Part shown: piece after piece, positions 19,972-32,363 of the stretch
Layout: each line of letters starts with the position of its first letter
Numbering within the stretch: the stretch's first letter is position 1
Assembly (NCBI GenBank): GCA_005116885.1
Contig: SWDP01000024.1
Span: 4,304-68,303 of the forward strand
Reading direction: 5' to 3'
DNA from: Nitrospira sp.
GTDB taxonomy: Bacteria > Nitrospirota > Nitrospiria > Nitrospirales > Nitrospiraceae
Length of the DNA stretch: 64,000 nt
Notes under the pieces: generated by a model
Seen by the model: only the letters and a program-made list of their open reading frames with translations
Database searches by the model: none
What the model was told of the DNA's origin: nothing
Translations under genes and position numbers: made by a program

Positions 19972-21492
19972 TTACTGTGGGGGGACAGCCGGAGGAACGG
20001 AAATCTGGCCTGAATTGCCCCCACCGACTGATGCCGGATTCGTTACCGAAGCAGGGCTTGCAGGGATAGAGGAGGGCTGCTCCTTGGACAAACCAGTTGG
20101 AATCGCCTGGTCCACTGCAGAACTCGGAGCTCCGCCTTCCACTGAACTGAGACGAGACACGCTATAGCTGGCATCGCCTGTCTCCGTCGGCTTCGCAGCC
20201 TGCCCAGGCCGTTCACCAACCGATTCCGATGAATACAGTACGATATCCACACGACGGTTCTTCTGCCGATCTGCTTCAGTGGCGTTGCCTGCTATCGGCT
20301 TCGTATCGCCGTAGCCCACAGACGAAAGTTTCTCCGAATCGATCCCGCCCTTCTCGAGTAAATAATGAAGGACCCCTCCAGCCCGAGCTTTCGATAGATC
20401 CCAGTTTGTTTGATAGCGTGATTTCAGCGAAGGGCCGATTTCCATGTTATCCGCATGCCCCTCGACTCGAATCAACCGATCGCCTGCATCAGTCTTGAGA
20501 TGCGCGATCAGTTCGTCGAGTACCTGATAGCCCTCAGTCGTGATGGTGGATTCGCCCGATTCAAACCGAAGCTCCTTCATCAAATTACTGAGACTGATTC
20601 GGCTTTCGCCGGCGGCATTCTTGACCTGCAACTTGCTCTGAGAAGGCACCTCCGGAGGGACGCTATCATGAGACTGCTGAGGGGATTGAGAGATCGGTAT
20701 GGCCTCGTGGATGTGACCCTTCGTCCTGAAGCGATCACCCTTGAGAATGCGGGAGATCGATTTGGTGATCAGCGCCGTGGCCGTTCGGTCTTCAATCGAC
20801 AGAATCTTCAATTCGCCCACGATCCGTTGAGGAAGACTCCCGCCGGATCGAACGATGTCCATTCGATCCCCAGGCCTGACCCCGTCTTCTCTCCCCCGGT
20901 CCAGATAGACGATATTCCGTTGCGCCGCCATGTTCATGACGCCCAGATTGGATTGGAACTCCACAACCCGTCCCTCCACATCACCTCCTGAAGGGTGGCC
21001 AACCGCTTCCCCCTCGTCAGTCGGAAGAGCAAACTTCATGACCGGGTCACCCGGCGAGACAGCTGCATAGGCCCTCACGATTTGAACAGTGGTGAGGTCC
21101 TTGTGAACTTCATTCACCTGAACCACCGCAAGACGATTAACCAAATGCCCCATGTATTGACCGGTCACGGGATGGAATACTTTGTGCGGACGTCTATAGA
21201 TCGTGAAAAGATCCCCAAGCGCGACATTGCCGGGGGTTTTGAGGCGGAGATACAGGACATCCCCGCTTCCCAATATCATATGATCTCCGGTGGTCTGATT
21301 GTCGCCGGTAATCACATTCACGGCCCCATCTTGCGGCGTGGTGTGCTGGATGGAGCCGGACGAATAGGCCAGAGCCGCTTCTCCGAATCGGATAGCATTG
21401 ATGTCATCTGTTGCCCAGGCTACCGAAATGAACGATGTAGCCAAAGTCCAGACCATGAGAGAAACCGCTGATTTCATTGAATGGTGAGCCAT
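19972..21492 (-). CDS. OmpA-family peptidoglycan-associated protein
   Basis: It has a signal peptide and a C-terminal OmpA-like domain (RVEGHADN...NWDLSKARAGGVLHYL...NRRVDIVL), followed by a Pro/Ser-rich tail. Confidence 0.85.
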   Translation of the reverse strand: MAHHSMKSAVSLMVWTLATSFISVAWATDDINAIRFGEAALAYSSGSIQHTTPQDGAVNVITGDNQTTGDHMILGSGDVLYLRLKTPGNVALGDLFTIYRRPHKVFHPVTGQYMGHLVNRLAVVQVNEVHKDLTTVQIVRAYAAVSPGDPVMKFALPTDEGEAVGHPSGGDVEGRVVEFQSNLGVMNMAAQRNIVYLDRGREDGVRPGDRMDIVRSGGSLPQRIVGELKILSIEDRTATALITKSISRILKGDRFRTKGHIHEAIPISQSPQQSHDSVPPEVPSQSKLQVKNAAGESRISLSNLMKELRFESGESTITTEGYQVLDELIAHLKTDAGDRLIRVEGHADNMEIGPSLKSRYQTNWDLSKARAGGVLHYLLEKGGIDSEKLSSVGYGDTKPIAGNATEADRQKNRRVDIVLYSSESVGERPGQAAKPTETGDASYSVSRLSSVEGGAPSSAVDQAIPTGLSKEQPSSIPASPASVTNPASVGGGNSGQISVPPAVPPQ

Positions 21493-21646
21493 GGTAATTG
21501 TCCTTCATGTGAGACAAGCGTTGCTGTGTCAACCATAGCAAATAGCCCTGTATTGTCAAGAATTTGAGCCCTTGTCGTCATTGACCGCCCATTTCACCCG
21601 ATGCTATGGTGGCAAGAACAATACTTCCTCGGAGAGGAGCAACCAC

Positions 21647-21853
21647 ATGCGTTCCGATCAGCCTCCGACCTCCAAGGCTCAAGGCCAAGAAAGTCCCCGC
21701 ATCGAGACCCAGATTCACCGACGCAAAAAAGCCAAGGCCTTCTCGGCCCTGGAGTCTGAATGGGATTCTGTCGACCAAGCGTTGCCCTCCCATCTCCGCA
21801 TGCCGTCAGACCGCATGGCACCTACCCCGCCAAACAAACCAGCAGGATCATAG
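21647..21853 (+). CDS. possible small hydrophilic protein (68 aa)
   Basis: The ATG is preceded by GGAGAGGAG at -8. The sequence is low-complexity and basic (MRSDQPPTSKAQGQESPRIETQIHRRKKAK...). No homology is recognised. Confidence 0.3.
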   Translation: MRSDQPPTSKAQGQESPRIETQIHRRKKAKAFSALESEWDSVDQALPSHLRMPSDRMAPTPPNKPAGS

Positions 21854-22186
21854 AAGTTTCCGAAGGCTCACGACAGAACAGATTGTTACACATTTCTTCC
21901 TCAGGGCCTGTTGGGTGAGCGCCAACAGCGCTGGACATCATTCCAAATCATCCGGCGTGCCTTGTTGGCTCAGGAATAACAGGAATTCTTGCGAGAGGAG
22001 GCTGAAGCAGACGAGGACGGGCTACTCATGAAATAGAAAGACGTACGCTCACCTGGGTATGAGTGAGCTGTGGCTGCTGCGGCAGTTGGAAGACACGTAT
22101 CCGATCGACGACTCGGCGCGAATCTCTCGCTCGACAAGCTTATGTTGGCCGTACGCGCTCTGCCACCGAGAAGGACGTTTGGGTGC

Positions 22187-22660
22187 TTATCTCCTATCTT
22201 TCATCGCCCGCTCCACCTCGCGGCTGGCTTCGCGGTTCTTGATAGAGGCTCGTCGGTCATGCTGCTTCTTGCCTTTGGCCAACCCGAGTTCGACCTTGGC
22301 AAGGCCTCGCTTGGAGAAATAGATACGGAGCGGAATGAGTGTGAGTCCTTGCTGCTGCGTCTTGCTGAGGAGTTTATTGATCTCTTTACGGTGGAGGAGC
22401 AATTTCCGAGTACGGAGAGGTTCATGATTCATGAGGTTGCCATGGCTATAGGGACTGATATGGCAATGGTGGAGAAAGACTTCGCTGCCCTTTACGCTGG
22501 CATAACTATCTTGTAGGTTCACCCGCCCATCTCGGAGCGATTTGACCTCGGTGCCCTTGAGCATGATGCCCGCCTCGAATTTATCTTCGATGAAATAGTC
22601 GTGGTAGGCCTTGCGATTTGTGGCTACCGCCTTTTCGAAACTGTCCTTTTCTTTGCCCAT
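22187..22660 (-). CDS. smpB: SsrA-binding protein SmpB
   Basis: Typical SmpB sequence: NRKAYHDYFIEDKFEAGIMLKGTEVKSLR ... basic C-terminal tail. Confidence 0.95.
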   Translation of the reverse strand: MGKEKDSFEKAVATNRKAYHDYFIEDKFEAGIMLKGTEVKSLRDGRVNLQDSYASVKGSEVFLHHCHISPYSHGNLMNHEPLRTRKLLLHRKEINKLLSKTQQQGLTLIPLRIYFSKRGLAKVELGLAKGKKQHDRRASIKNREASREVERAMKDRR

Positions 22661-22767
22661 CAGGCGTCAGCCTTCTACTTCCAGATGTCAATTTCGGTCA
22701 GTGTTCCGGCCGGAAGTATATCCAGCAGGCTGCTGATTACCACAACAGTTTTTGCTATGATGGTGCC

Positions 22768-23250
22768 ATGCGTGGAATCGGCTCCATCGACTCCCTCTCT
22801 AGCATCCTTGAAGTATTGGCTCGTCGCTTAGGGATCGAGTCCAAGTTGCTCGAAAGCCGCTTGCGTCGGGATTGGGTCTCCATCGTCGGGGAGCCCATCG
22901 CGTCGAATACCTGGCCCGACCAGATTCGCTACAAGAAACTGTATCTCTTGGTCCACAACAGTGTCTGGCTACACCAACTCACGTTCCTCAAACCGACCAT
23001 GCTTCACAAGCTCAATATGGTCGCTGGTGGGGAATTGGTTACCGATATCGTGTTACGCGTGGGAGAAATCCCATCGCGTGTGGTCGTGTCTTTTGCGACG
23101 ACACCTAACATTGACATTGATATTACCGCGTTCGACGCTTTACTGGCCGAGACATTGCCCCACGTTTCAGCGATACAAGACCCGGATCTCCGCCAGCAGT
23201 TTACATCGGTGATATCGAGAAATCTTCGGGCTCCAACTCCGCCGGGATAG
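22768..23250 (+). CDS. dciA: DUF721 / DciA-family protein (putative replicative helicase loader)
   Basis: DUF721-like sequence LLESRLRRDWVSIVGEPIASNTWPDQIRYKKLYLLVHNSVWLHQLTFLKPTMLHKLN. The ATG at 22768 was chosen; the ORF track begins at 22618, inside smpB. It lies beside the gyrA-gyrB-dnaN-dnaA block. Confidence 0.7.
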   Translation: MRGIGSIDSLSSILEVLARRLGIESKLLESRLRRDWVSIVGEPIASNTWPDQIRYKKLYLLVHNSVWLHQLTFLKPTMLHKLNMVAGGELVTDIVLRVGEIPSRVVVSFATTPNIDIDITAFDALLAETLPHVSAIQDPDLRQQFTSVISRNLRAPTPPG

Positions 23251-23809
23251 TATCCGTCACACGCCCCTTGAATAAAATACGCGTGTCATCGGAAACAGAC
23301 TCAGCCTTGGGGATAGGGCCGAGACCTCCTTCTTCTTCTTGATCATGCAAGCGATAGTACCCCCGCATCGCTTTCCCATATTTCTTGACTACTTCTGCGT
23401 CCCCAGCCAAATACTTGTTGAGCATCTCCGGTTCAGCCCATCCGTCATCATCGAACACATACACCACGATCTTCCTGTACCACCCTGCTGGATCGCCCGG
23501 TGTGGTTGGCTGAACCTTCATCTTCGCAAAATGGTGTGTCAGACGCCCGACCTTACGAAACCGCTTCACCAATGTCTCAACCCCTAGGTCCGTCGTGTCA
23601 TGAGGCACATGCATCGCGACGATGTGGCCGACTTGGGAACCGACGCTATAAGGAGGGATGCTTCGATCGGGACGAGTGAGATACATCCCGCCCCAGATCA
23701 TGGCAAAGGACATGACCACCACGCCGAGGGCCAGCTTGACGACCATGTCCAAGCGCTTCTTCGGCTTGGAATGGGGAAGCGGAGTTGGGGAAGAATCCTT
23801 CTCTTTCAT
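23201..23809 (-). CDS. hypothetical membrane-anchored protein
   Basis: It has one N-terminal TM segment (VVKLALGVVVMSFAMIWGGMYL) and an acidic C-terminus. The start could be 23809 (MKEKDSS) or 23827; the latter lies inside the repeat terminus. Its 3' end overlaps the dciA 3' end by 50 nt (convergent). Confidence 0.55.
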   Translation of the reverse strand: MKEKDSSPTPLPHSKPKKRLDMVVKLALGVVVMSFAMIWGGMYLTRPDRSIPPYSVGSQVGHIVAMHVPHDTTDLGVETLVKRFRKVGRLTHHFAKMKVQPTTPGDPAGWYRKIVVYVFDDDGWAEPEMLNKYLAGDAEVVKKYGKAMRGYYRLHDQEEEGGLGPIPKAESVSDDTRILFKGRVTDTIPAELEPEDFSISPM

Positions 23810-23819
23810 GGAAGGCCTA

Positions 23820-24009
23820 GCCCGCATTATTCATGACAGTTCGTCGCGAATTCGCTGAGCCGAGTCGCGAGAGCGGCGCGCGGAGCCCTGAGGACCCGAT
23901 GCGTACTCGTGTAGTACGGTGAGGGGCCGATGGGCGAGCCCGTCGGCCGAAGGCTCGTCGCAGCAGCGGATCGGCGATTGCAGCAGAAGCGGTCATGAAT
24001 CATGCGGGC
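23820..24009 (+). repeat. family-B MITE-like element, copy e
   Basis: Termini are GCCCGCATTATTCATGA ... TCATGAATCATGCGGGC (17-bp inverted repeat, 1 mismatch). Its interior aligns with the reverse complement of the copy at 42977-43149. Confidence 0.8.
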
Positions 24010-24049
24010 CAGGATCAACGGACAAGACGTAGGAGATCATGTGTGTCCG

Positions 24050-26512
24050 TTACTCGCCGCCTTCCTCGGGGAGCGCCTCGACGGTTTCCGCCAAACGCGC
24101 AACGGCCACGACTCGGTCGCCCGCTCCTTCGAGATCGAGGATCCGCACCCCCTGGGTGTTTCTGCCGATCTCACGGAACCCGTCGACCTTACACCGGAGC
24201 ACCTTGCCTTGAGCGGCCATCAGCATGATTTCATCGCCGTCTCGGACTTGAAGAAACCCGACAGCAAGCCCGTTGCGCTCATTGGTCTTTACGCTGATAA
24301 TGCCTTTCCCTCCACGTCCCTGGATACGATACTCATTCACCGGCGTGCGCTTGCCATAGCCACCCTCAGTAACCGTGAGTATCTGCGTGGTGGAGTCGGG
24401 AGTGATGGTTTCCATCCCGATGACTTCGTTGCCTTCTTCCAGCGTAATGCCGCGCACCCCGTGCGCCGTGCGGCCCATCGCTCGGACATCGTCTTCCTTA
24501 AAACGGATGGTGATGCCCTTTTTCGTCCCTAGCAAGATTTCTCGCTGACCGTCCGTGACATGCACGCTGATGAGCCGATCTCCCTTGTCTAACGACAAGG
24601 CGATGATGCCCCCTTGGCGGGGATTGCCGTAGGCTGAGAGTTCGGTCTTCTTGATGATGCCCTGCGCGGTTGCCATGACAACAAAACGGTCTTCACGGAA
24701 TTCTTTGACCGGCACGGTGGCGGTGACTTTCTCATCGCCGGACAGTGCCAATAGATTTACGAGCGCTTTGCCCTTGGCCGCCCGCCCTGCATCTGGAATT
24801 TCATGAACCTTCAGCCAATAGACCTTTCCGGCGTCTGTAAAGAACAGAAGGGATTCGTGCGTGGACGCGGTGAACAGGGTCACGACAAAATCCTCTTCCT
24901 TGACCCCCATCCCGATCTTGCCCTTGCCGCCTCGCCGCTGCGCTCGGTACAGGGTGACTGGGTTGCGCTTGATGTAGCCGGCGTGCGAGATCGTGACGAC
25001 CACTTCTTCGTTCGCGATCATGTCTTCCAGGGTGATTTCCGCTTCTTCCTTCACGATCTTCGTACGGCGGTCGTCGGAGTAGGCTTCACGCACTTCGATC
25101 AACTCATCTTTGACGATCGAACGGACTAGCGCTTCGCTACCCAGGATCGATTTGAGACGTTCGATCTGTTTCAAGACCTCTGTATATTCCTCGATGAGTT
25201 TGTTGCGCTCCAATTGCGTGAGGCGCTGGAGCCGCATCTCCAAAATCGCATTCGACTGGATTTCGCTCAGCGCAAACCTCCGCATGAGGCCGACACGGGC
25301 TTCATCAGGCGACTGTGCCTGTCGGATCAATGTGATTACCGCATCCAGATTATCGAGTGCAATCTTGAGGCCCTCAAGGATATGAGCCCGCTCTTCCGCC
25401 TTGCGCAACTCGAAGGCGGTCCGACGGACAATGACCTCACGCCGGTGCTCGATAAAGTGATGCAGGATCTGCTTGAGATTCAACACTTCCGGCCGGTTGT
25501 TCACCAGCGCGAGCATGATGACCCCGAAGGTCGTCTGGAGTTGCGTGAGCTTGTACAGATTGTTCAAGGTGATGAGCGGGATTTCTCCGCGCTTGAGCTC
25601 GATGACGACGCGGATGCCGTCTCGATCGGATTCGTCGCGCAGATCAGAAATCCCTTTGATCCGTTCGTCCCGAATCAGCTCGGCAATCTTTTCAATCAGC
25701 TTGGACTTATTGACCTGATAGGGCAGCTCCGTGACGATCAACCGTTCGCGATCCGTGCGTTCATCGGACTCGACCTTCACTTTCGCGCGCAACGTGAGAA
25801 GACCCCTTCCACTTTCATAGGCGGACTTGATGCCGGCCGTTCCATAGATGAATCCGGCCGTCGGAAAGTCGGGGCCGGGAATCTTTTTCATCAACTGGGC
25901 AATCGTGACGTCCGGATTCTCCAAGAACAGGAGGAGCGCCTCGATGACTTCGCCGATATTATGGGTCGGAATGTTGGTGGCATAGCCCACTGCAATGCCA
26001 CCGGCGCCGTTGACAAGAAGATTCGGAATTTTAGAAGGGAGCACCAGCGGTTCGACCAGTGACTCGTCGTAGTTCGGCCCGAAATCGACCGTATCCTTGT
26101 CGATATCGGCGAGCATGTCCTCGGCGACCTTGGTCAGGCGGGCTTCGGTATACCGCATGGCTGCCGGCGGATCGCCGTCGACCGATCCATAATTGCCCTG
26201 ACCGTCCACAAGCATGTAGCGCATGTTGAAGGGCTGCGCCATTCGAACGAGCGTGTCGTAGATCGCACTGTCCCCGTGGGGATGGTAGTTCCCCATGATC
26301 TCACCGACAATCTTGGCGGACTTGCGATAGGCCCGGTTCGACGCCAAGCCCATTTCGTTCATGCCATGGAGAATACGGCGATGGACCGGCTTGAGACCGT
26401 CACGCACGTCGGGAAGCGCCCGGCCCACGATGACGCTCATCGCGTAACTCAGGTATGACGAGCGCATCTCGTCTTCGATGGCGATTTGTCCTAGTCTCTC
26501 ATCAGGTGGCAT
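24050..26512 (-). CDS. gyrA: DNA gyrase subunit A
   Basis: 820-aa ORF with the active-site region [10 protein letters not shown], a QRDR-like segment [10 protein letters not shown] and C-terminal beta-pinwheel repeats. Confidence 0.97.
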   Translation of the reverse strand: MPPDERLGQIAIEDEMRSSYLSYAMSVIVGRALPDVRDGLKPVHRRILHGMNEMGLASNRAYRKSAKIVGEIMGNYHPHGDSAIYDTLVRMAQPFNMRYMLVDGQGNYGSVDGDPPAAMRYTEARLTKVAEDMLADIDKDTVDFGPNYDESLVEPLVLPSKIPNLLVNGAGGIAVGYATNIPTHNIGEVIEALLLFLENPDVTIAQLMKKIPGPDFPTAGFIYGTAGIKSAYESGRGLLTLRAKVKVESDERTDRERLIVTELPYQVNKSKLIEKIAELIRDERIKGISDLRDESDRDGIRVVIELKRGEIPLITLNNLYKLTQLQTTFGVIMLALVNNRPEVLNLKQILHHFIEHRREVIVRRTAFELRKAEERAHILEGLKIALDNLDAVITLIRQAQSPDEARVGLMRRFALSEIQSNAILEMRLQRLTQLERNKLIEEYTEVLKQIERLKSILGSEALVRSIVKDELIEVREAYSDDRRTKIVKEEAEITLEDMIANEEVVVTISHAGYIKRNPVTLYRAQRRGGKGKIGMGVKEEDFVVTLFTASTHESLLFFTDAGKVYWLKVHEIPDAGRAAKGKALVNLLALSGDEKVTATVPVKEFREDRFVVMATAQGIIKKTELSAYGNPRQGGIIALSLDKGDRLISVHVTDGQREILLGTKKGITIRFKEDDVRAMGRTAHGVRGITLEEGNEVIGMETITPDSTTQILTVTEGGYGKRTPVNEYRIQGRGGKGIISVKTNERNGLAVGFLQVRDGDEIMLMAAQGKVLRCKVDGFREIGRNTQGVRILDLEGAGDRVVAVARLAETVEALPEEGGE

Positions 26513-26522
26513 CTAATTCTCC

Positions 26523-26648
26523 GCGGACGCTGAAAATGGTCCCCAGCTTCGTTCTCAGTCACGTGCCTCCCTGCGACGTACCACAAGGGTACGCCTCAGT
26601 CGTCCCGTTCCCTGCGGCCTTGCTGGATGACCATTTTGAGCATCCTGC
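26523..26648 (+). repeat. family-A MITE-like element, copy b (in the gyrB-gyrA spacer)
   Basis: It runs GCGGACGCTGAAAATGG ... CCATTTTGAGCATCCTGC. It shares the internal blocks CGTTCTC, TACGCCTC and GCGGCCTTGCTGGA with copies a and c. It begins 11 nt upstream of the gyrA start codon. Confidence 0.78.
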
Positions 26649-26712
26649 AAGGCAATCGGCAACAGAATCGAAGACCGCTTTACTACTACCGTTCATCGCT
26701 CAGCATTCGGCA

Positions 26713-29196
<2,484 letters not shown>

Positions 29197-29287
29197 TCAA
29201 ACACGTCTTTGATCATCGGTCATTCGCAACGGGCAACCAAGGGCTGATTGCCTCATCCATTGAACGATGACAATTGACTTGTAACTC

Positions 29288-30415
29288 TCAGATCTTGATC
29301 GGCATGACTACGCACTTGAACCCCGGGCTGTCCGGCTCTTGGATCAAGCAGGGGCTCAACGGATTATCCATTTGCAGAGAGATCGTTTCTCCGTCCATCA
29401 CCCCGAGGACATCCAACATATAGCGGGCGTTGAAGCCTGTGTTCAACGCCTCTCCTTCGTACCGTGCCGCAAGCTCCTCCGTCGCCTCTCCAAAATCAGG
29501 ATTGCTGGAGAACAGCGTCATCTGTCCGGAGACGAACGACACCTTCACCGCGCTCGCCTTATCACGGGACAGCACGGAGACGCGCCGAAGTGCACTTTCA
29601 AGGTCGGCGCGATTGACCCCGATTTTTCTTCCGGTCTCTTTCGGAATCACTTGTTGATAATTCGGGTAGTTTCCTTCCATAAGCCGCGAAGTCAACAGGA
29701 GTCCGCTCTTCCGGAAAATCATGAGATTTTTTGTGAACCCGATCAAAGGCTCTCCCTCGCCGCCTTCTTCCAGAAGACGCTGCATTTCATGCGCCGCTTT
29801 TTTCGGAATAATGGCTTTGATCTCTTGCGGAGCGCCTTTGACTCCGGCATGTCCGACTTCCTGCTCGGCAACCGCTAACCGATGTCCATCGGTACCAACC
29901 AACCGTAAAATCGTTTTCTTCTCCGACGTGATGAGCGTCACCAGCAGGCCGTTGAGGATGTAGCGCGCGTCATTGTCTCCGGCCGCGAAGAGGGTTTTCC
30001 GAATCAACTCCAGAAACCCCGCCCCGGCGAGTGGAATGAGCCCTTCTCGTTCAATCGTAGGCAAAGCGGGATAGTCGGTGCTGGGGAGACCGACAATCTT
30101 AAATTGGCTCTTGCCGGCGTGGATCGTCGTCCAGTTGTTGTCGCCCGATGCGATTTCGATTTCACTGACTGTGAGTTCCTTGATGATCTCGTACAACTTT
30201 CTGGCCGAGAGCGTGATCCCGCCAGGCGTTTCCACGGTCGCCTTGTAGAGGCCTCGCATGCCGATTTCAAGATCGGTCGCGACGATTTCAACCCCCTCTT
30301 GCTTGGCCTCAATCAAGATGTTCGAGAGGATCGGCATCGTGTTGCGCTTCTCGACAACACCTTGGACCCGCTGAAGACCCGTCAAGAGTTCGACTCGCCC
30401 CATACGTAATTTCAT
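29288..30415 (-). CDS. dnaN: DNA polymerase III beta sliding clamp
   Basis: 375-aa ORF with a typical DnaN N-terminus (LLTGLQRVQGVVEKRNTMPILSNILIEA) and the C-terminus VVMPIKI. Confidence 0.95.
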   Translation of the reverse strand: MKLRMGRVELLTGLQRVQGVVEKRNTMPILSNILIEAKQEGVEIVATDLEIGMRGLYKATVETPGGITLSARKLYEIIKELTVSEIEIASGDNNWTTIHAGKSQFKIVGLPSTDYPALPTIEREGLIPLAGAGFLELIRKTLFAAGDNDARYILNGLLVTLITSEKKTILRLVGTDGHRLAVAEQEVGHAGVKGAPQEIKAIIPKKAAHEMQRLLEEGGEGEPLIGFTKNLMIFRKSGLLLTSRLMEGNYPNYQQVIPKETGRKIGVNRADLESALRRVSVLSRDKASAVKVSFVSGQMTLFSSNPDFGEATEELAARYEGEALNTGFNARYMLDVLGVMDGETISLQMDNPLSPCLIQEPDSPGFKCVVMPIKI

Positions 30416-30439
30416 GATCTCTTCCCCTTGGCGCAGCCC

Positions 30440-31804
30440 TCACGCTCGCAGGATCTGCTCCTTCAAACTCTCCAATGTGGCACAGAATACACTGTCATTG
30501 TCTTTTGCCTTAATAACCTGCTTACAGGCGTGGATGATCGTCGTGTGATCTTTACCTCCGAACTGCCGTCCAATCTCGGGGTACGAAGAGTCGGTGAGTT
30601 CCCGACAGAGATACATGGCAATCTGTCGAGGATGCACCAGCGTCTTGCTCCGTCGCCGGGATTTCAGATCGGCAATCTTTACGTGGAAGCGCGCCCCCAC
30701 CGTTTCCTGAATGTCATCCATCGACACAATCTTTTTCTTGGTGCCGATGAGATCACGGAGCACGCTTTTTGCCATCTCCAGCGTGATAGTCTGACCGGTG
30801 AGCGAGGCGTAGGCGCCGAGGCGCACCAACGAGCCCTCAAGCTCGCGGATATTGCTCTTCATCGTTGTGGCAAGAAATTGGATGACGTCTTCCGGTAATG
30901 TAACACCCTCATCCTCAGACTTTTTCCGCAAGATGGCAATCCGTGTTTCAACGTCCGGTGGTTGGAGATCCGCGATCAGACCCCATTCGAATCGTGACCG
31001 CAATCGTTCCTCGATATCAGGCATATCTTTTGGAAAGCGATCGCTCGAGAGGACAAGTTGCTTATGGGCTTCATAGAGGGCGTTGAATGTATGGAAGAAC
31101 TCTTCCTGTGTGCGCTCCTTACCCGCCAAGAACTGAATATCGTCAATCATTAACATGTCGATATGACGATACCGCTTCCTCAAATCCATCATTTTATCGT
31201 ATCGAATAGAGTTGATGACCTCGTTCGTAAACTGCTCCGTTGTCAAATAGGCAATCCGAAGCTCGGTCCGCTCCGCCACATAGTTTCCGATCGCATTCAG
31301 GAGGTGAGTCTTCCCTAACCCTGTATCCCCATAGATAAACAGTGGATTATACGCTTTTGCCGGCTGCTCGGCGACTGCCATACAGGCGGCATGGGCAAAT
31401 TGGTTTCCGGCGCCGACAACAAAGTTTTTGAACGTATATTTTGGATTGAGCTGGATGCCTCGTTTTGCCCGTGCCCCGGTGCTTTGACGGACGGTAGAAA
31501 CCGTATGTCCGCTATTGTCAGGCTGCTTTCTCGCCTGCTTGAAGATGACAAACGTAATCGAGGTATCTACTCCACCTCGTGCGGAGGAGACAGCTTCTGA
31601 TAAAAGTGGTCCATAATGCTGGTGCAACCAATCCCCAAAGAACTTATTCGGGACACCCAGTTGCGCAGTGGAGTCCTCGATTCGTTCAAGATAAATCGGC
31701 GTAAACCAAGTGTCGTATACCTGCTTCGGCACTCTTCCTTGGATATACGCCAAGGCATCCTGCCATTCGTTTTCAATAGTCATATTTCCCGTACTATTCT
31801 TCAT
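30440..31804 (-). CDS. dnaA: chromosomal replication initiator DnaA
   Basis: 454-aa ORF with Walker A GDTGLGKTHLL, Walker B LMIDDIQF and the domain IV DNA-binding motif HTTIIHACK. Confidence 0.97.
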   Translation of the reverse strand: MKNSTGNMTIENEWQDALAYIQGRVPKQVYDTWFTPIYLERIEDSTAQLGVPNKFFGDWLHQHYGPLLSEAVSSARGGVDTSITFVIFKQARKQPDNSGHTVSTVRQSTGARAKRGIQLNPKYTFKNFVVGAGNQFAHAACMAVAEQPAKAYNPLFIYGDTGLGKTHLLNAIGNYVAERTELRIAYLTTEQFTNEVINSIRYDKMMDLRKRYRHIDMLMIDDIQFLAGKERTQEEFFHTFNALYEAHKQLVLSSDRFPKDMPDIEERLRSRFEWGLIADLQPPDVETRIAILRKKSEDEGVTLPEDVIQFLATTMKSNIRELEGSLVRLGAYASLTGQTITLEMAKSVLRDLIGTKKKIVSMDDIQETVGARFHVKIADLKSRRRSKTLVHPRQIAMYLCRELTDSSYPEIGRQFGGKDHTTIIHACKQVIKAKDNDSVFCATLESLKEQILRA

Positions 31805-32116
31805 GCACAGACTTATTCACACCTGTTGATAACCTGTTCTTCTGCAAGCCCATACTCACCAACCACATCATTATCAGACGATACTCAAAGTCATAACTCG
31901 AACATCTACATCACATACCCACAGATTACCGACTATTTATACAAGGGTTATTCAGAGTTAATACCCAACGCACTCCACAAAGATAATGTTATATTTTTAA
32001 TCTAAATTCATAATCTTACACTGTTTTCACACTATCCACTCTGCTACTCCTATTCCTACTCCGACGACTATCTTGTTCTTAAACAAAATATATTCGGAGA
32101 AGAGCAACCAATCCCT
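31805..32116. other. putative chromosomal origin of replication (oriC)
   Basis: 312-bp non-coding AT-rich spacer upstream of dnaA. Near-consensus DnaA boxes (TTATCCACA) are TTATTCACA at 31813-31821, TGTTGATAA (reverse) at 31824-31832, ATACCCACA at 31915-31923 and CTATCCACT at 32032-32040. An AT-rich tract at about 31981-32022 (GATAATGTTATATTTTTAATCTAAATTCATAATC) is a possible unwinding element. Confidence 0.65.
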
Positions 32117-32359
32117 CTATAGAACCACAACACGTTCTGAAGAAAATATTCTCTCAACCAGATCATCATACGTCAAAGCCTGACAGGAGCTACGAGCCGT
32201 TATACTATCCCCACCAACCATAACTCCCTCTGCACCGAGATGGGTTAGAGAGGTACCCTGCTCCATAAAGACCACATCAATATGTGCATCACTCATGTCA
32301 AAAAGTGATGGAGAAATATGCTGCTGCTGTTGTCGAAGAATATAGAGCGTTGCACCCAT
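32117..32359 (-). CDS. DsrH/TusB-like protein
   Basis: The start was chosen at MGATLYILRQ (32359) to avoid a 95-nt overlap with the upstream gene. The layout ...VVFMEQGT...LTYDDLVERIFSSERVVVL parallels TusB/DsrH. GC content is low. Confidence 0.6.
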   Translation of the reverse strand: MGATLYILRQQQQHISPSLFDMSDAHIDVVFMEQGTSLTHLGAEGVMVGGDSITARSSCQALTYDDLVERIFSSERVVVL

Positions 32360-32363
32360 AAGA

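Noticed and set aside
21606-22031. 141-aa plus-strand ORF
   Set aside because: Its composition is extremely basic and Pro/Arg/Ser-rich. It has no SD and overlaps the alternative small ORF, so it looks non-coding.
21500-22190. Possible tmRNA (ssrA) next to smpB
   Set aside because: I searched both strands by eye. I found no GGGG..TTCGAC 5' motif, no tag-peptide reading frame followed by TAA, no T-loop GGTTCGAAT and no tRNA-like CCACCA terminus. The TGGTGGC at about 21608 has no adjacent T arm.
24002-26062. Several long plus-strand ORFs (176 aa, 108 aa, 282 aa) inside gyrA
   Set aside because: They are antisense to an unambiguous 820-aa GyrA and are shadow frames in GC-rich coding DNA.
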